From Schizochytrium sp. TIO01 (taxonomy: Eukaryota > Protista > Bigyra: Labyrinthulomycetes): 64,000 bases of DNA. The notes below the pieces were generated by a model that saw nothing but the letters and a program-made list of their open reading frames with translations, did no database searches and was not told where the DNA came from. Positions within the stretch are counted from its first letter, which is position 1, and every line of letters begins with the position of its first letter. Shown here one piece after another: positions 1 to 10,628 of the stretch. Location: positions 1,922,001 through 1,986,000 of the forward strand of contig SMSO01000004.1 of assembly GCA_004764695.1 (NCBI GenBank), read 5' to 3'. Both the position numbers and the translations under genes were made by a program.

Positions 1-2035
1 AAGGTATATACAATAGTGTTTTATAGTTGCACATAAATTATAATTGCATTTGTGGATTTAAAATTGCATAAGAACTAATACCAGACTATTCCCCATACTT
101 GCGAACTTGCAAAGATAGCTTTGTGGAGGTTTCTGCGCTTGGACAATCGAATTGACGCGACATTAGACAAGGAAATGAAAGGGATTTTGAATAGAGAAGT
201 ATCCTAAGTTTTTAGGTATTGGTTTAAAGGCTTAGCTACTTCATAAATGAATAATCAACCAAGGAAAGCAAGCCATTTTGAGCATATTCTCAAAATTTTT
301 AGGACGAAGTACGAGAAAGGATTCAAGTTTTCATTTTGAGATTTATCTGCAATCCGAGTAGCTAGAGTATCACCATTATAGACCCTTGCATACAGAGTTC
401 GGAAGGTGAAAGATCATATTTAGATAACATTAAAATGACATGAACGAAGTCTCGTCTGCATCGGTCATGTGAATAATTTGGAGTCGATAGTCTAGCTAGA
501 GGTGTGAGTGAAATATATGGAAGTAAAGTTGGGAGGCCTATATGTATAGGCCTATCGCGTGGATTTGCTGATTGAATAGCAACCGCAAAGTCTTAAAAAT
601 CCACAATTTGAGAAGTGCTACTATTGTGCTTGTGAACTCTACGTAGCGAATCCTCAGTTATGTGAAGCAAAGTGAGATAGATCTCAATGGTTTCGTTGAT
701 CATCACATGTTTACTGCAGTATGACTAGCTTTGTAGTAGCTACTATTAGGCATTTATCTAACTACATATTTACCTGTACGTGTGCGCCTACCCCCCCTGT
801 TTACAAAGCACTCTCATTAGTCAAGTGAAAGGTCAAAGTATTTCAGCAACTTAGGTAAAAACTCATGTCAGAACAACCACTCATGTCTGTAAGGAATTTC
901 GCCGTGATCAACCTGAGATCCACTTGTACAATCGTATACTTTCTTGCTGGGGCCAGATAAAAATCCATTTGAGGCCCACCTCACCAAATCCTACGAGGCA
1001 GAGTTTCCTAGCCCACTCTCTTTTGCGCCTAAAGACAATCCACATCGACGAATGGTAGCTTTTCCAGGTCAAGATTAGGCTTTGGTCCACGAGAGTTAGA
1101 ACAACCTATGTAGCAGTCAGTAGGTAGCAATGCCAAACGACAGTTCAATCGAGGTTTTCTATACACTCAGAATCGAAGCAGATCAAATCATCTTGCATAC
1201 CACAGCAATGACCTCTGCCAGAGCGAGTGGATTCGGGAAGTCAAAGGTCATAATAGCGGTACTATCTTAGTTGCAACGTTCCAGCGCTGGTGCAAACTCA
1301 TGTATAATCAATGAGTATTTGTTCTTCTGGTTTGACTTTTGACACAACTTGCTAAAAGATGTAAATTAAATACCTCTGACTACGACAGTATCCACGTACC
1401 GTACAAGCCTCTCATGGTATCCAGCCTGAGGAAAACAAAACACCTCAATACGATCGACAAGTCCAAAAGCAGCAGAAAGTGGGTGTGTGAAAGAGTGAAA
1501 AAGTCAAGCTATCCACAAAGCTGCAGGTACAAGTAGATAGCACCAGAGACAAAGAACTTGAACTCGGAAAAGAAACAAAGTGAGAGAAAGAAACAAAGAG
1601 AGAGAAAGAAGCAAAGAGAGAGAGAGAGAGAAAGATAGGTGGCGCGTAGTCAAGTTTCACCTTGTGTATACCGTGCTCCGTCTACTCTCTTTTGTTTCTT
1701 CTGTGCCCTCTATCCATCTCAATTTCCCCCCAGGTACCTTTGTCCAAAGGGGTGTATACTACGCATATACGCATCGAGTGCGGTGCACACCAACCTATAA
1801 CGATGCACACTCTTTTTCATGCAATACCCTCTCATGAAGCGGGTCCCTCGGGAGATAGGCGTCCAAAAGTTCCCGAAAGGGGGTACATTACCGAGAGTTG
1901 TCACCCATTGTGCACTTTCTTTTCTGTTTGTTTTATCTTTTCTTTTAATCCCTCGCAGAGCGAAGAGGGAAAAAGAAAATTGGAAAACGACGTGGTCAAA
2001 ACAGGGCCCGTGGCAACAGCGGCCTTTGTGGAGGT

Positions 2036-2118
2036 CTCCACAAGTGGGCTATAGCACTCCAAAGTAGGTTATGCGTCTCCTAAAGTGAGTTATAGGAGGC
2101 ATTACAAGTGGGTTATAG
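2036..2118 (+). repeat. Four degenerate direct repeats, consensus (CTCC)N1-2AAGTGGGTTATAG, spaced 20-23 bp
   Basis: AAGTGGGCTATAG 2042-2054, AAGTAGGTTATGC 2062-2074, AAGTGAGTTATAG 2083-2095, AAGTGGGTTATAG 2106-2118. The first three are preceded by CTCC. Confidence 0.7.
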
Positions 2119-2607
2119 CCGGATACTGCAGTTCCGCGAGAGCCCACCAGCCTCCAGGTACACTCAGGCTCCACGGTTCTTCGACGGCGATTCGTTGGCA
2201 AGGCCGGCGGAGAGGAGCCTTGCGGTGGTCTCTGTCTTTGGCACCGATTTGCGCAGCTTCTCAGGCCCAATCGCAGCTCTTTGGCAGCCAAGGCCGGCCC
2301 CAGCGGTATCGCGAGTCAACTTGGCCATTCAGAGTGTGCGAAATGATAGAGAAATGAAATTCTTCACTTATTCCTTTTTCAGTGTAATGAATGAAAATTG
2401 AGCGATCGCACAAAAAATCATCAATAAATCGATCGATTCGTCGATAATTGTTTTGGCAATTTGATGCCTACGCGCTAAATAATGTACGAATGATCGAATG
2501 CATGAACGAATGAGTGAGTGAGTGAGTGCCAGCGGTACCTTGGGTAGTCAATCAGTTGATCGATAGCAGCATACGCAGAGCAGCAAGAACTCAAAAGAGG
2601 TGTAGGT

Positions 2608-2642
2608 ATTCATTCATTCATTCATTCATTCATTCATTCATT
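2608..2642. repeat. (ATTC)n microsatellite
   Basis: About 8.75 perfect ATTC units read directly. Confidence 0.95.
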
Positions 2643-2752
2643 TGTTCGTGGCCATTGTGATGGAAATGAATAAATGTAGAAATAAAAAGGTAAAATATAG
2701 AGATAAATCAGCGATTGAATAGGATAATTGATCAATTGATCAATTGATCATC

Positions 2753-2842
2753 ACAATCATCTCAATTTTACCAATCATCACAATTATATCCATTATAACG
2801 ATTATGACAATTCTAACAATTCTAACAATTCTAACAATTAGT
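2753..2842. repeat. Degenerate 9-bp tandem repeat (ACAATTCTA-like), 10 units
   Basis: Units acaatcatc tcaatttta ccaatcatc acaattata tccattata acgattatg acaattcta acaattcta acaattcta acaattagt. Confidence 0.8.
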
Positions 2843-3201
2843 TACTATGAGGGAGATCGTCCGGTCAGAGCGAAGTGCGATTTACTAGGGTTTAGGATAG
2901 GAGGCCTCGCGAGGGAGAAGTGGAGAAGAATGAGGGAGACGGGAGAAGAAGAAGAAGCTCCACATTGGTCCTGACGGAGAGAGAGACGGATAGATGGATA
3001 CGGAGGGAGCGAGTGCCGTGGAGGAGGACCTCGCTGGCTGAGTGGGCTGGGCCCGAGGGAGGCCTGGCCGCCGCTGCCGTCTCTTGCCGCCTGCTGCGTA
3101 TTCGCAGCGAGAGCGAGAGTGGGATGGTCTGGACCCAGAAAAAAGGGTGACTGGCCTCTGTCTAAAAGAAAAGAGAAAAGAAAAGAGAAGAGAAAAGAAT
3201 A

Positions 3202-3237
3202 AATGAATGAATGAATGAATGAATGAATGAATGAATG
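3202..3237. repeat. (AATG)n microsatellite followed by (TATG)n
   Basis: Nine AATG units read directly. This is the reverse complement of the 2608-2642 tract. Confidence 0.95.
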
Positions 3238-3931
3238 TATGTATGTATGGGGAACTACTAGAGTTACTGCTATGGGCCGCAGTAGGGAAGCGATAGATGG
3301 CAACTTTTGAAGAAGAAGAAAGGAAGAGTTGAAAAGGCAGGCAAACCTTCGAGGAAAAGGATATCTATATCACCGATGGGCCGAATAAAAGGCCATCGGC
3401 CATAGCGTTTGGAGCAAAAGATGACAACTCACTCAAAGTGGGCATATCTCCATTTGGGAGAAGAAGACTCTGCTTTTGATTGGGTGTGCTTGTGGTGGAA
3501 CCCATTGTTTCCCTTGCACTTTTCATGAAAATGGAATTAGTATGATCGATAGAAAGAGACTAATTGGAAAAAAAAAAAAAAAGAAGAAGAAAAAATGATA
3601 AAACATTTTTTTTTTGTTTTTGCTGATTTTAGGCTGGTGCTCCACTAGTGTTTAGGTTAGTGGTTCTGTACTAGTCGTTCTTTGAAGCGTAAAGTGAAGT
3701 AAAAAGAAATAAAACAAATTACTTTTGTTTTTCAGTCATTCATCGAAATCGCTCACTCAAAACAATTGATCAATCATCAATCGATCGATTAATCAATCGC
3801 TCCCTCGCGCTGCCCACGCCGCCGCTCGAGCCGGTTCTCGCGTGGCCTTGGAGGTCGTGCGCTCCGAGACAACTGACAATCGGACCTTGCTTTGACCACA
3901 CTCACGGACCAGCGCAGACGAGCGCTGCCAG

Positions 3932-4281
3932 GTAATCGCTTCATCCGTCATCTATCCACTCCATACCTCCGCGCGTCCTTCGCTTGTGTTCACGCCCAAG
4001 CGTACACGACAAGCTTGAGAAGAACCGGAGCCTGGAAAGCTTCTAGGTCATCCTAATCCTCGGATTGAAGCAACGTCAGTCTTCTGAGACTCTAACGGCA
4101 TTGGTAGAAGGAGGAGAGGTCAGCCTCGCAGAAGAGTTTACTATTGCTTCAAAGAGGCAAATCAACTCACGATAGATCTACGATAGATCATATCTTCTTG
4201 TTGCTGACTAAATTCGAAAGCAAACCTGAATATATTCGGATTTATTCTTTAGCTTAGTTCGGTGTTTGCTTTGTTTTTTAG
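3932..4281 (+). other. Putative 5'UTR intron of the AGC kinase gene
   Basis: Donor CAG|GTAATC at 3932. Pyrimidine-rich acceptor TTTGTTTTTTAG|G ends at 4281, 23 nt before the ATG. No transcript evidence. Confidence 0.45.
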
Positions 4282-4304
4282 GTTTATAAACAACAAGAAT
4301 CAAG

Positions 4305-5708
4305 ATGGGTAACGAGTCGTCATCGCGAAAGCGCTTCACGAAGAAACCGAGCCTCTCGTCCAAGACTCAGAGCGGGGCTGCTCTGACAACAAACAGCAAC
4401 TCCTCGAGGAACAGCAAAACTAATGGAAGTCCTGCGCTGCCGGCGAAAGATGTTGCTGCTACCAAAAAATCCCCAACTGGGGCTGTGCCCGGGGCCGCAG
4501 CAGCGACTAGTGCTTCTGCAGCAGCGAAGCCGGCAAGTCGTCTACAATCGGGAATGTCTAGTGAAGACGGAAGAGGAATAGCTGATTTCACGGAATCGGA
4601 CCCATCGCCAGTACTCTCGCAAGTGGCAGAGAACAGCGCCAAAAAGAAGGTTTCCCTGGACGATTTTGTTCTTATGACCGTTGTGGGCAAAGGATCCTTT
4701 GGTAAGGTGATTCAGGTGAAGAAAAAGGACACCGGCAAGGTTTACGCCATGAAGGTGCTGAAAAAGGAGCAGGTTTTGAAGCGCAAGCAATTCGAGCACA
4801 CTATGGCGGAGCGCAGGATTCTTGAGGAGATCGACCACCCTTTCATAGTGAGTCTGCGTTTTGCGTTCCAGACTACGCAAAAGTTGTACATGATTTTTGA
4901 CTACTTCAATGGTGGTGAACTATTCCACTACTTAAGTAAGGGTGGTCGTTTTAGCGAGGAGCGAGCACGGTTTTATGCCGCTGAGATTGCGCTTGGACTG
5001 GAGCACGTGCACTCGATGAACATCATCTACCGCGATCTCAAACCTGAAAATCTTCTGCTTGACGCGGACGGCCACATTCGTATTACAGATTTTGGACTTT
5101 CCAAGGAGAACGTTACCGATGACAACGTCCGTTCTTTCTGCGGCACCCCAGAATACCTGGCACCCGAAATTCTTCGTCGAAACTCGTATGGTCGGTCTGT
5201 CGATTGGTGGAGTCTCGGCACACTCTTGTACGAGATGATCAGTGGCCTCCCGCCCTTTTATGACCGCAACCGCGATCGCATGTACAAGAAGATTCTTGGG
5301 GCCGAGCTACGCTTTCCGGCTCATATGAACCCGGAGGCTCGTTCCATCTGCCGAGGTATGCTTCAGCGTGATCCCTTGCAGCGCCTTGGATACCGTGGTG
5401 CTCAGGAAATCAAATCGCATCCGTTCTTTGCATCCATTGACTTCGACGCCTTGTTACAGAAACGTATTGAGCCTCCTTTCAAGCCGGTCGTCACCGGCAC
5501 GGAGGATACCCGCAACGTGGACAAAACCTTCACAACTATCCCTGCTGCTGTAACTCCCACACCTGCGGACGGAGCATTGTCAAAGGTCAACGAAGACTTT
5601 AAGGACTTCACTTACACCGCAACCAATGTCTTTGATGGTGAGAGCTACCGTGTGTCCTGCATCGATGACGAGTTCGACGAGTTTGCTGCAAAGCGGACGA
5701 CTGCATAA
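4305..5708 (+). CDS. AGC-family Ser/Thr kinase (SGK/Akt/S6K-like, no PH domain, putative N-myristoylation)
   Basis: 467-aa ORF with GKGSFGKV, YAMK, YRDLKPEN, DFG, SFCGTPEYLAPE, DWWSLG, and an AGC C-tail with PPFKP and hydrophobic motif FKDFTY. N-terminus MGNESS fits MGxxxS. Confidence 0.95.
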   Translation: MGNESSSRKRFTKKPSLSSKTQSGAALTTNSNSSRNSKTNGSPALPAKDVAATKKSPTGAVPGAAAATSASAAAKPASRLQSGMSSEDGRGIADFTESDPSPVLSQVAENSAKKKVSLDDFVLMTVVGKGSFGKVIQVKKKDTGKVYAMKVLKKEQVLKRKQFEHTMAERRILEEIDHPFIVSLRFAFQTTQKLYMIFDYFNGGELFHYLSKGGRFSEERARFYAAEIALGLEHVHSMNIIYRDLKPENLLLDADGHIRITDFGLSKENVTDDNVRSFCGTPEYLAPEILRRNSYGRSVDWWSLGTLLYEMISGLPPFYDRNRDRMYKKILGAELRFPAHMNPEARSICRGMLQRDPLQRLGYRGAQEIKSHPFFASIDFDALLQKRIEPPFKPVVTGTEDTRNVDKTFTTIPAAVTPTPADGALSKVNEDFKDFTYTATNVFDGESYRVSCIDDEFDEFAAKRTTA

Positions 5709-6447
5709 TTGGATGTCCCGAGGAGAATCCTCTTTCGACAATGACGCCTTTTGGCCCTTGCGCATGTGTGTGTATGAAGCAAGAAATGACGAACGACGTA
5801 GCATCGATCGGAGCGAACATGTAACTCACAGTTTTTTTCTCCCAGTTGAGACTAGATTATATTTGTCGGGCCTGGGTGTAGGGTTTTGATGAGAACCCAC
5901 CAAAAGCGCAGTCAAACACTGTAATATCTGTCTTTCCACCTCTTCCTCTTTCTTTCGTCTATTTTGTTCACTCCTTTTCCTCGCCCAGAGGATGTAAAGT
6001 TCTGTTCATCTCTCAACGACAATATCATCATCATCAACAACAACAAGCATTGGAAGCTGTCTTTTTTTTTTTTCCTCCCTTGCCTTTGCTCATTTTATAA
6101 AAAGAAAATCATTCAAATTTAAGTTTACATACTTTTATCTTGCCCCAGAAGCTTGCTCTAGCTTGCAAAATTCTCAAAAGTGCTCATCAAGAAGCTCTAC
6201 CGTCATTGGGTTTCAATATACCAACCAACGTAGATGTGGAGAGCAACATTCATGATTTAAGGAGATAGATAGGCTTGGTGACCACTGAAGGTTGGGCTCA
6301 TTTTGATACTACAGCTCTTGAATTCAGGCGCGAAGAGACAGGCAAAAAAGGTGAAGCTTAGCTTTCTTTCAGATAGATAACGTGCCCAAGAGATTTTAAA
6401 ATTATATCTATATTTTTTCATGTTTCAGGATTGCAAGACATTGATAA

Positions 6448-8439
6448 TTACACGTTTGTGGTCAGTGATGAAGTGACAAGCCTCTTACTCACTTTCTTCC
6501 GACGTTTCTTGTACCGCTTCTGCCCAGGACCAGTAAAATCAGCGTTATTGTTTTCTTGTTCATCGTCACTTTGCACGTTGAGTCTACTTGGAGAGGTTTC
6601 TTTTTGCTCCTGGAGTAGCTTCAGCTCAGCATAACGCTCCATGCACTCGTGTTGCGGCTTGTTTACAAGCGAGAGCAACAAGCGCTCTGCTCGATCTTGG
6701 GTTTCACCCCAATCTGGATTTGTACTACGCAACTTCCCAATACTCAAAACAATAGTGTCCATTTGCTTGGTCCACATAGTCTTTTGAGAGGGCCTTTTTG
6801 TTGCTGGGTCTGTAATTTTCTCGAGACTACTTTGTTGTATTAATGGCTTGCTATTTCTATCTCCTTGCATTCCGCTTGAGACATCGTTTGCATCGTTGTG
6901 TTTGTCGCCGGTTTCATCATGATTAATATCACCTTGAGCAACAGTCCGCAAATTCTCTATCTTTTCCTTTTGATTAGCAGAGCTGTCTGGCAATGACGTT
7001 TCTCCTCTCATGCCAGTACGCTTAGTTTTACTAGAGATAATATCCTCACTCTTTGAAGACTTTTTCCATTTGGACTGTGAGGAAGGGCTTTGAGATGCAA
7101 ACAGCTGCAATGCTTCCTGCGAATCTGGAGTTACATTACCTTTACTGCTTGTCTTACCCGGCTTTCGTAGGGCAATAACCGAGTCGAAATTTTTCCGAGA
7201 GACGCGGGCTTTGGTAATCATGCGAACAAGTTCCTCACGCTGTTGCTGTTTGGTTGTAAGTTTTTCCTTGAACCCATTCGGACTTCCAGCTTGCGATTGA
7301 ACAATCTCTTTGTACTCGTCCCATTGCTTGCGGAGCTGAGCAAGATATGTATCGGAGGGACTACCCCGCCAGCGTGTGAGATATTCAAGCAAATCACCTT
7401 TGCGCTCACGGCTAACAATGCCAAACATATGGTGTGGCTGCAGCAGTTGCACAAAGCTTGCAAGTTCATAACGTGTCGCATGCAAGGTATATGGCACGAG
7501 GAAAAAACGACGTCGGTGAATATCATTCAAGCTATGACTTGCAGCAGAGAGTCTTCGAAGCTTAACAAGATCATCAACATGAAGTGTTTCTGGTGGGTAG
7601 GCACCATTGAAAAGGACTTGCCTTCGCTGATTTGAGCCGCACTCTTGCAAAAGAATGCAGACAACAAAATCCGACGCTGATTCATTCAGCTCCATGACTC
7701 GACGTTCGTTAATCATCGTTCGGGAGACAACCTTGATTCTTGCCATACTTTGGTCCTCATCCCTCCAGACAAAGTGAGATGAGTCCAAGTCAGATACGTC
7801 TCGTATAATCTCAAAACGCTCACGTGACACCAATACCTTTGTGTTTAATGTCTTTGCCATTGCTTCCAAGACTTCCTCCTTTCCAAGTGTCTCCACGCCA
7901 ACTTCGAAGCGTGTGTGGGGCGGGTAGAACTTCGCTAGCTCACAAATAAGTTCTCGCCAGTGAGCACGATCTACATGTTGCATAGTTGAAGCATGCAATG
8001 TATTATCCAAGAAAAGATATTCTACTGGTAAACCCTCTTTCCATATTTCATGCTCAAGAGTCTCGCGCTCCACACGAAAGTCTCCAGTGTAGACAGCCCT
8101 GCCAAAGAAGCCGTCTACAACGAAGATAACACTTCCCAGGCAATGGTGGGCATCAATCATTCGCACCTGAACACTAACACGATCTTCTGCATCAAGGGTT
8201 ACGTCGAATGACTCTTCTAATTCCCGGCCTTTGAGATAAGGTGCCAGGCTTGGCCACTTCTTGAGCACGATTGCTCTGGTTTCGTGAGAGCAGTAGATGT
8301 CTCCCCAATGCCAATCATCACTCAACCCTCTTATATGATCCGTGTGAGCATGAGACAAAAAGTATTTGTAGCCATCCTCTCGAAGCCCGAAATAGTCAAA
8401 GATAATGTTCGTTCCCTCTATCTTTGGGCGCACGTCCAT
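6448..8439 (-). CDS. SNM1/Apollo/Artemis-family beta-CASP metallo-beta-lactamase DNA nuclease with C-terminal Myb/SANT-like segment
   Basis: LSHAHTDHIRGL (HxHxDH), DAHHCLGS, YTGDFR, LFLDNT, LGKE and VPYTLHAT match DRMBL nuclease motifs. First ATG is at 8439 (MDVRPKIEGTNII); the track start at 8466 is GTG. Confidence 0.9.
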   Translation of the reverse strand: MDVRPKIEGTNIIFDYFGLREDGYKYFLSHAHTDHIRGLSDDWHWGDIYCSHETRAIVLKKWPSLAPYLKGRELEESFDVTLDAEDRVSVQVRMIDAHHCLGSVIFVVDGFFGRAVYTGDFRVERETLEHEIWKEGLPVEYLFLDNTLHASTMQHVDRAHWRELICELAKFYPPHTRFEVGVETLGKEEVLEAMAKTLNTKVLVSRERFEIIRDVSDLDSSHFVWRDEDQSMARIKVVSRTMINERRVMELNESASDFVVCILLQECGSNQRRQVLFNGAYPPETLHVDDLVKLRRLSAASHSLNDIHRRRFFLVPYTLHATRYELASFVQLLQPHHMFGIVSRERKGDLLEYLTRWRGSPSDTYLAQLRKQWDEYKEIVQSQAGSPNGFKEKLTTKQQQREELVRMITKARVSRKNFDSVIALRKPGKTSSKGNVTPDSQEALQLFASQSPSSQSKWKKSSKSEDIISSKTKRTGMRGETSLPDSSANQKEKIENLRTVAQGDINHDETGDKHNDANDVSSGMQGDRNSKPLIQQSSLEKITDPATKRPSQKTMWTKQMDTIVLSIGKLRSTNPDWGETQDRAERLLLSLVNKPQHECMERYAELKLLQEQKETSPSRLNVQSDDEQENNNADFTGPGQKRYKKRRKKVSKRLVTSSLTTNV

Positions 8440-9284
8440 CGTAATTTTCTTGACCTCTTTCTTCACAATATGACAGGTTGTATGTCTGAGATTTATTTCA
8501 AATTATCATCCACGTGTAATGCTCGAGAGGAACCCTTGCTTTGCGAAAGGCACGCTCAAAACGTCTATGAGCAAGTCGTTCGGTTCTGCCTTTCAGTTGA
8601 CTTGTTGCACTTCATTCACGAGCATCTGCAGCTAGATTATCCTATCAAGCGGAGCCTCGCCAACTGATATCTTCAATTATTAGCACAGTGCTAAATATTA
8701 CCCTCAAGGTATCGCAGGTCTGTCACCGCGGCTGCAAGCGCGTCACGGGGCTCAAGCTTTCTGGTTTTGACGCCCGCTTTGAGAGCGATGGGTAAAATGG
8801 CATGGTTATGTATCGAAAACAAGTCGTTTTACCACTATAGTTTTTTTCTGTTTGTTGTACGTACATAGGAAGGTAGATAGATACCTACTACCTACTAGGG
8901 CTCCTATTTAACAGTACGGTAGTCGTACGCTTTCAAGTTTGGTAAAACCGCTCGAGCGCTTGAACAGAGTCCACAGAACCGAGTTCGAAGGTTGCTAGGC
9001 CGAGCTGCCGTGGAGTTTACGGCACGGCGAGGGAGATCGCAGTGCCCGAGAATTTCTAAGGGAGTTTCACTTCACTTCGTTGGGTTGCACTGTACATCTG
9101 AGTGTGGTAGTTATCAGAATCTGACAAATCGTTCGTTTTCAATAGCAAATAAGGCCACCAAACTCGGGGAGGACCTTGAAAAGCGCATCACAAAAGCCCA
9201 ACCTTGAAGCAACTCGAGGCTTGAAAGTCTAGGGAAAACAAATCTTATAGGTTACGTGAAGCACTACGTTAAAGGGCATTTATA

Positions 9285-10628
9285 ATGGCAGCATTTCGGC
9301 AACATGAGCAGCAATCCTTTTCATTTCCTCTCCTTGTGGATGATGAAATTTTGATGTGCATGGAGGAGCTTCAAGTATCATTGTCAGCGAAAGACTTGGA
9401 GAAACCCTCAGCACCGACGGTTCGTGCTGTATATGAGTCCCTTTGCGAGACCTGCATTGGCGTAACCCGAGATGAGCTTAACTTGCCTCTCGAGGATGCA
9501 ATGAGCCGAATCGAGTTTCCGGAGCTTCATGAAGAGTCAATTCCACAGCTCACATATCTGAGGTATGTGCAAAAGCTTTTGGGGGCAGCTGGAGTGCACG
9601 ATGTGACCCTTTTGGATCTAACAAAGCCGGACCCGAAACGTTTTCGTCGAAACCTGAGTGCTGTGATCAACTTTGCCAAGTTTCGGGAGGAGCGTTTAAT
9701 GGAATGCGAGGAACTCACAAACAATACGGACAAACTTTTAGAGCGCAAAGATGAAGTTAGCAAGGGCTGCACAGATATCCAGGAAAAAATCAACCGTGTG
9801 CGTGAAAAGCGGGAGGCAGAACAACCAAGGGTGGAGCAATTGAAGCACGACTGTCGAGACCTTGAGGCCGAGCTCAAGCAGAGCCACAAGCAACATGCTA
9901 GCCTGCAACATGAAACCAAACAGCTCAAGGCAAAAAGCAATGAACTTAAGGATTTGGTATCAACTTTGCGATTTCAGAAGCTAAACGTTGTCCAAGAGAC
10001 CGAACGAATGGAAGGAAACATTGTCCGGTCCCCAGAGCGACTCAAGTCTGAACTTGCCGACTTACGCGAGAGATTGGATGGAGAGCGGGATGAAAATTCT
10101 CGTTTGAGCGAAAACCTCGAGGAACTACGCGCAAAAGATAAGGCTCTTGCTCGAGTGGAGGAAGAAATGGAGCGACTCCACAGCGTGTTAATGGAGCTTG
10201 AGGTCGGCATGAAGGGTTGCAAGCAAGCCTTGAAAGAAACAAAGAACATGAATTCTTCAATTCGCGACCATGATCAGGTGCTCCGCCAGCTCCGCAGTCA
10301 GCGCGATGAGACAGAGAAGCAAATTGATATCACCAAGGATCGCGTAACCCGCCTCGCTAACACTAAATCCCTCAAGGTTGCTGCTGCATCACACGCTTTG
10401 AGCGAAAGCAAAAAGGAGCGCGAACAGCTTCAAAAGTCTAATAAGTCATTGCGCGCCAAATTGGCGGAGCGTAAGGATGAGATTGAAAATGTAGAAAACG
10501 AATTGGCCGAACAAAATACCAAACACGAAAAGGAGGTAGAAATGCATCGTACTGCATTCAAGCACCTTGAAAATGTAATTGAGGAGACTTGGGAACCATT
10601 AAACAAGGCTATGGCTGAAGCCAGCTGA
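9285..10628 (+). CDS. NUF2: Kinetochore protein Nuf2 (NDC80 complex)
   Basis: 447 aa. N-terminal CH-type domain with FSFPLL, DLEKP and DLTKPDPKRFRRNLSAVINFAKFRE, IVRSPERL, and a long C-terminal coiled coil. Confidence 0.95.
   Translation: MAAFRQHEQQSFSFPLLVDDEILMCMEELQVSLSAKDLEKPSAPTVRAVYESLCETCIGVTRDELNLPLEDAMSRIEFPELHEESIPQLTYLRYVQKLLGAAGVHDVTLLDLTKPDPKRFRRNLSAVINFAKFREERLMECEELTNNTDKLLERKDEVSKGCTDIQEKINRVREKREAEQPRVEQLKHDCRDLEAELKQSHKQHASLQHETKQLKAKSNELKDLVSTLRFQKLNVVQETERMEGNIVRSPERLKSELADLRERLDGERDENSRLSENLEELRAKDKALARVEEEMERLHSVLMELEVGMKGCKQALKETKNMNSSIRDHDQVLRQLRSQRDETEKQIDITKDRVTRLANTKSLKVAAASHALSESKKEREQLQKSNKSLRAKLAERKDEIENVENELAEQNTKHEKEVEMHRTAFKHLENVIEETWEPLNKAMAEAS

Noticed and set aside
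2036-2118. Repeat-spacer pattern as a CRISPR array
   Set aside because: Repeats are 13 bp and degenerate, spacers are under 12 bp, the context is eukaryotic and there are no cas genes.
2881-2900. TAGGGTTTAGG telomere-like sequence
   Set aside because: Fewer than two full units, so not an array.
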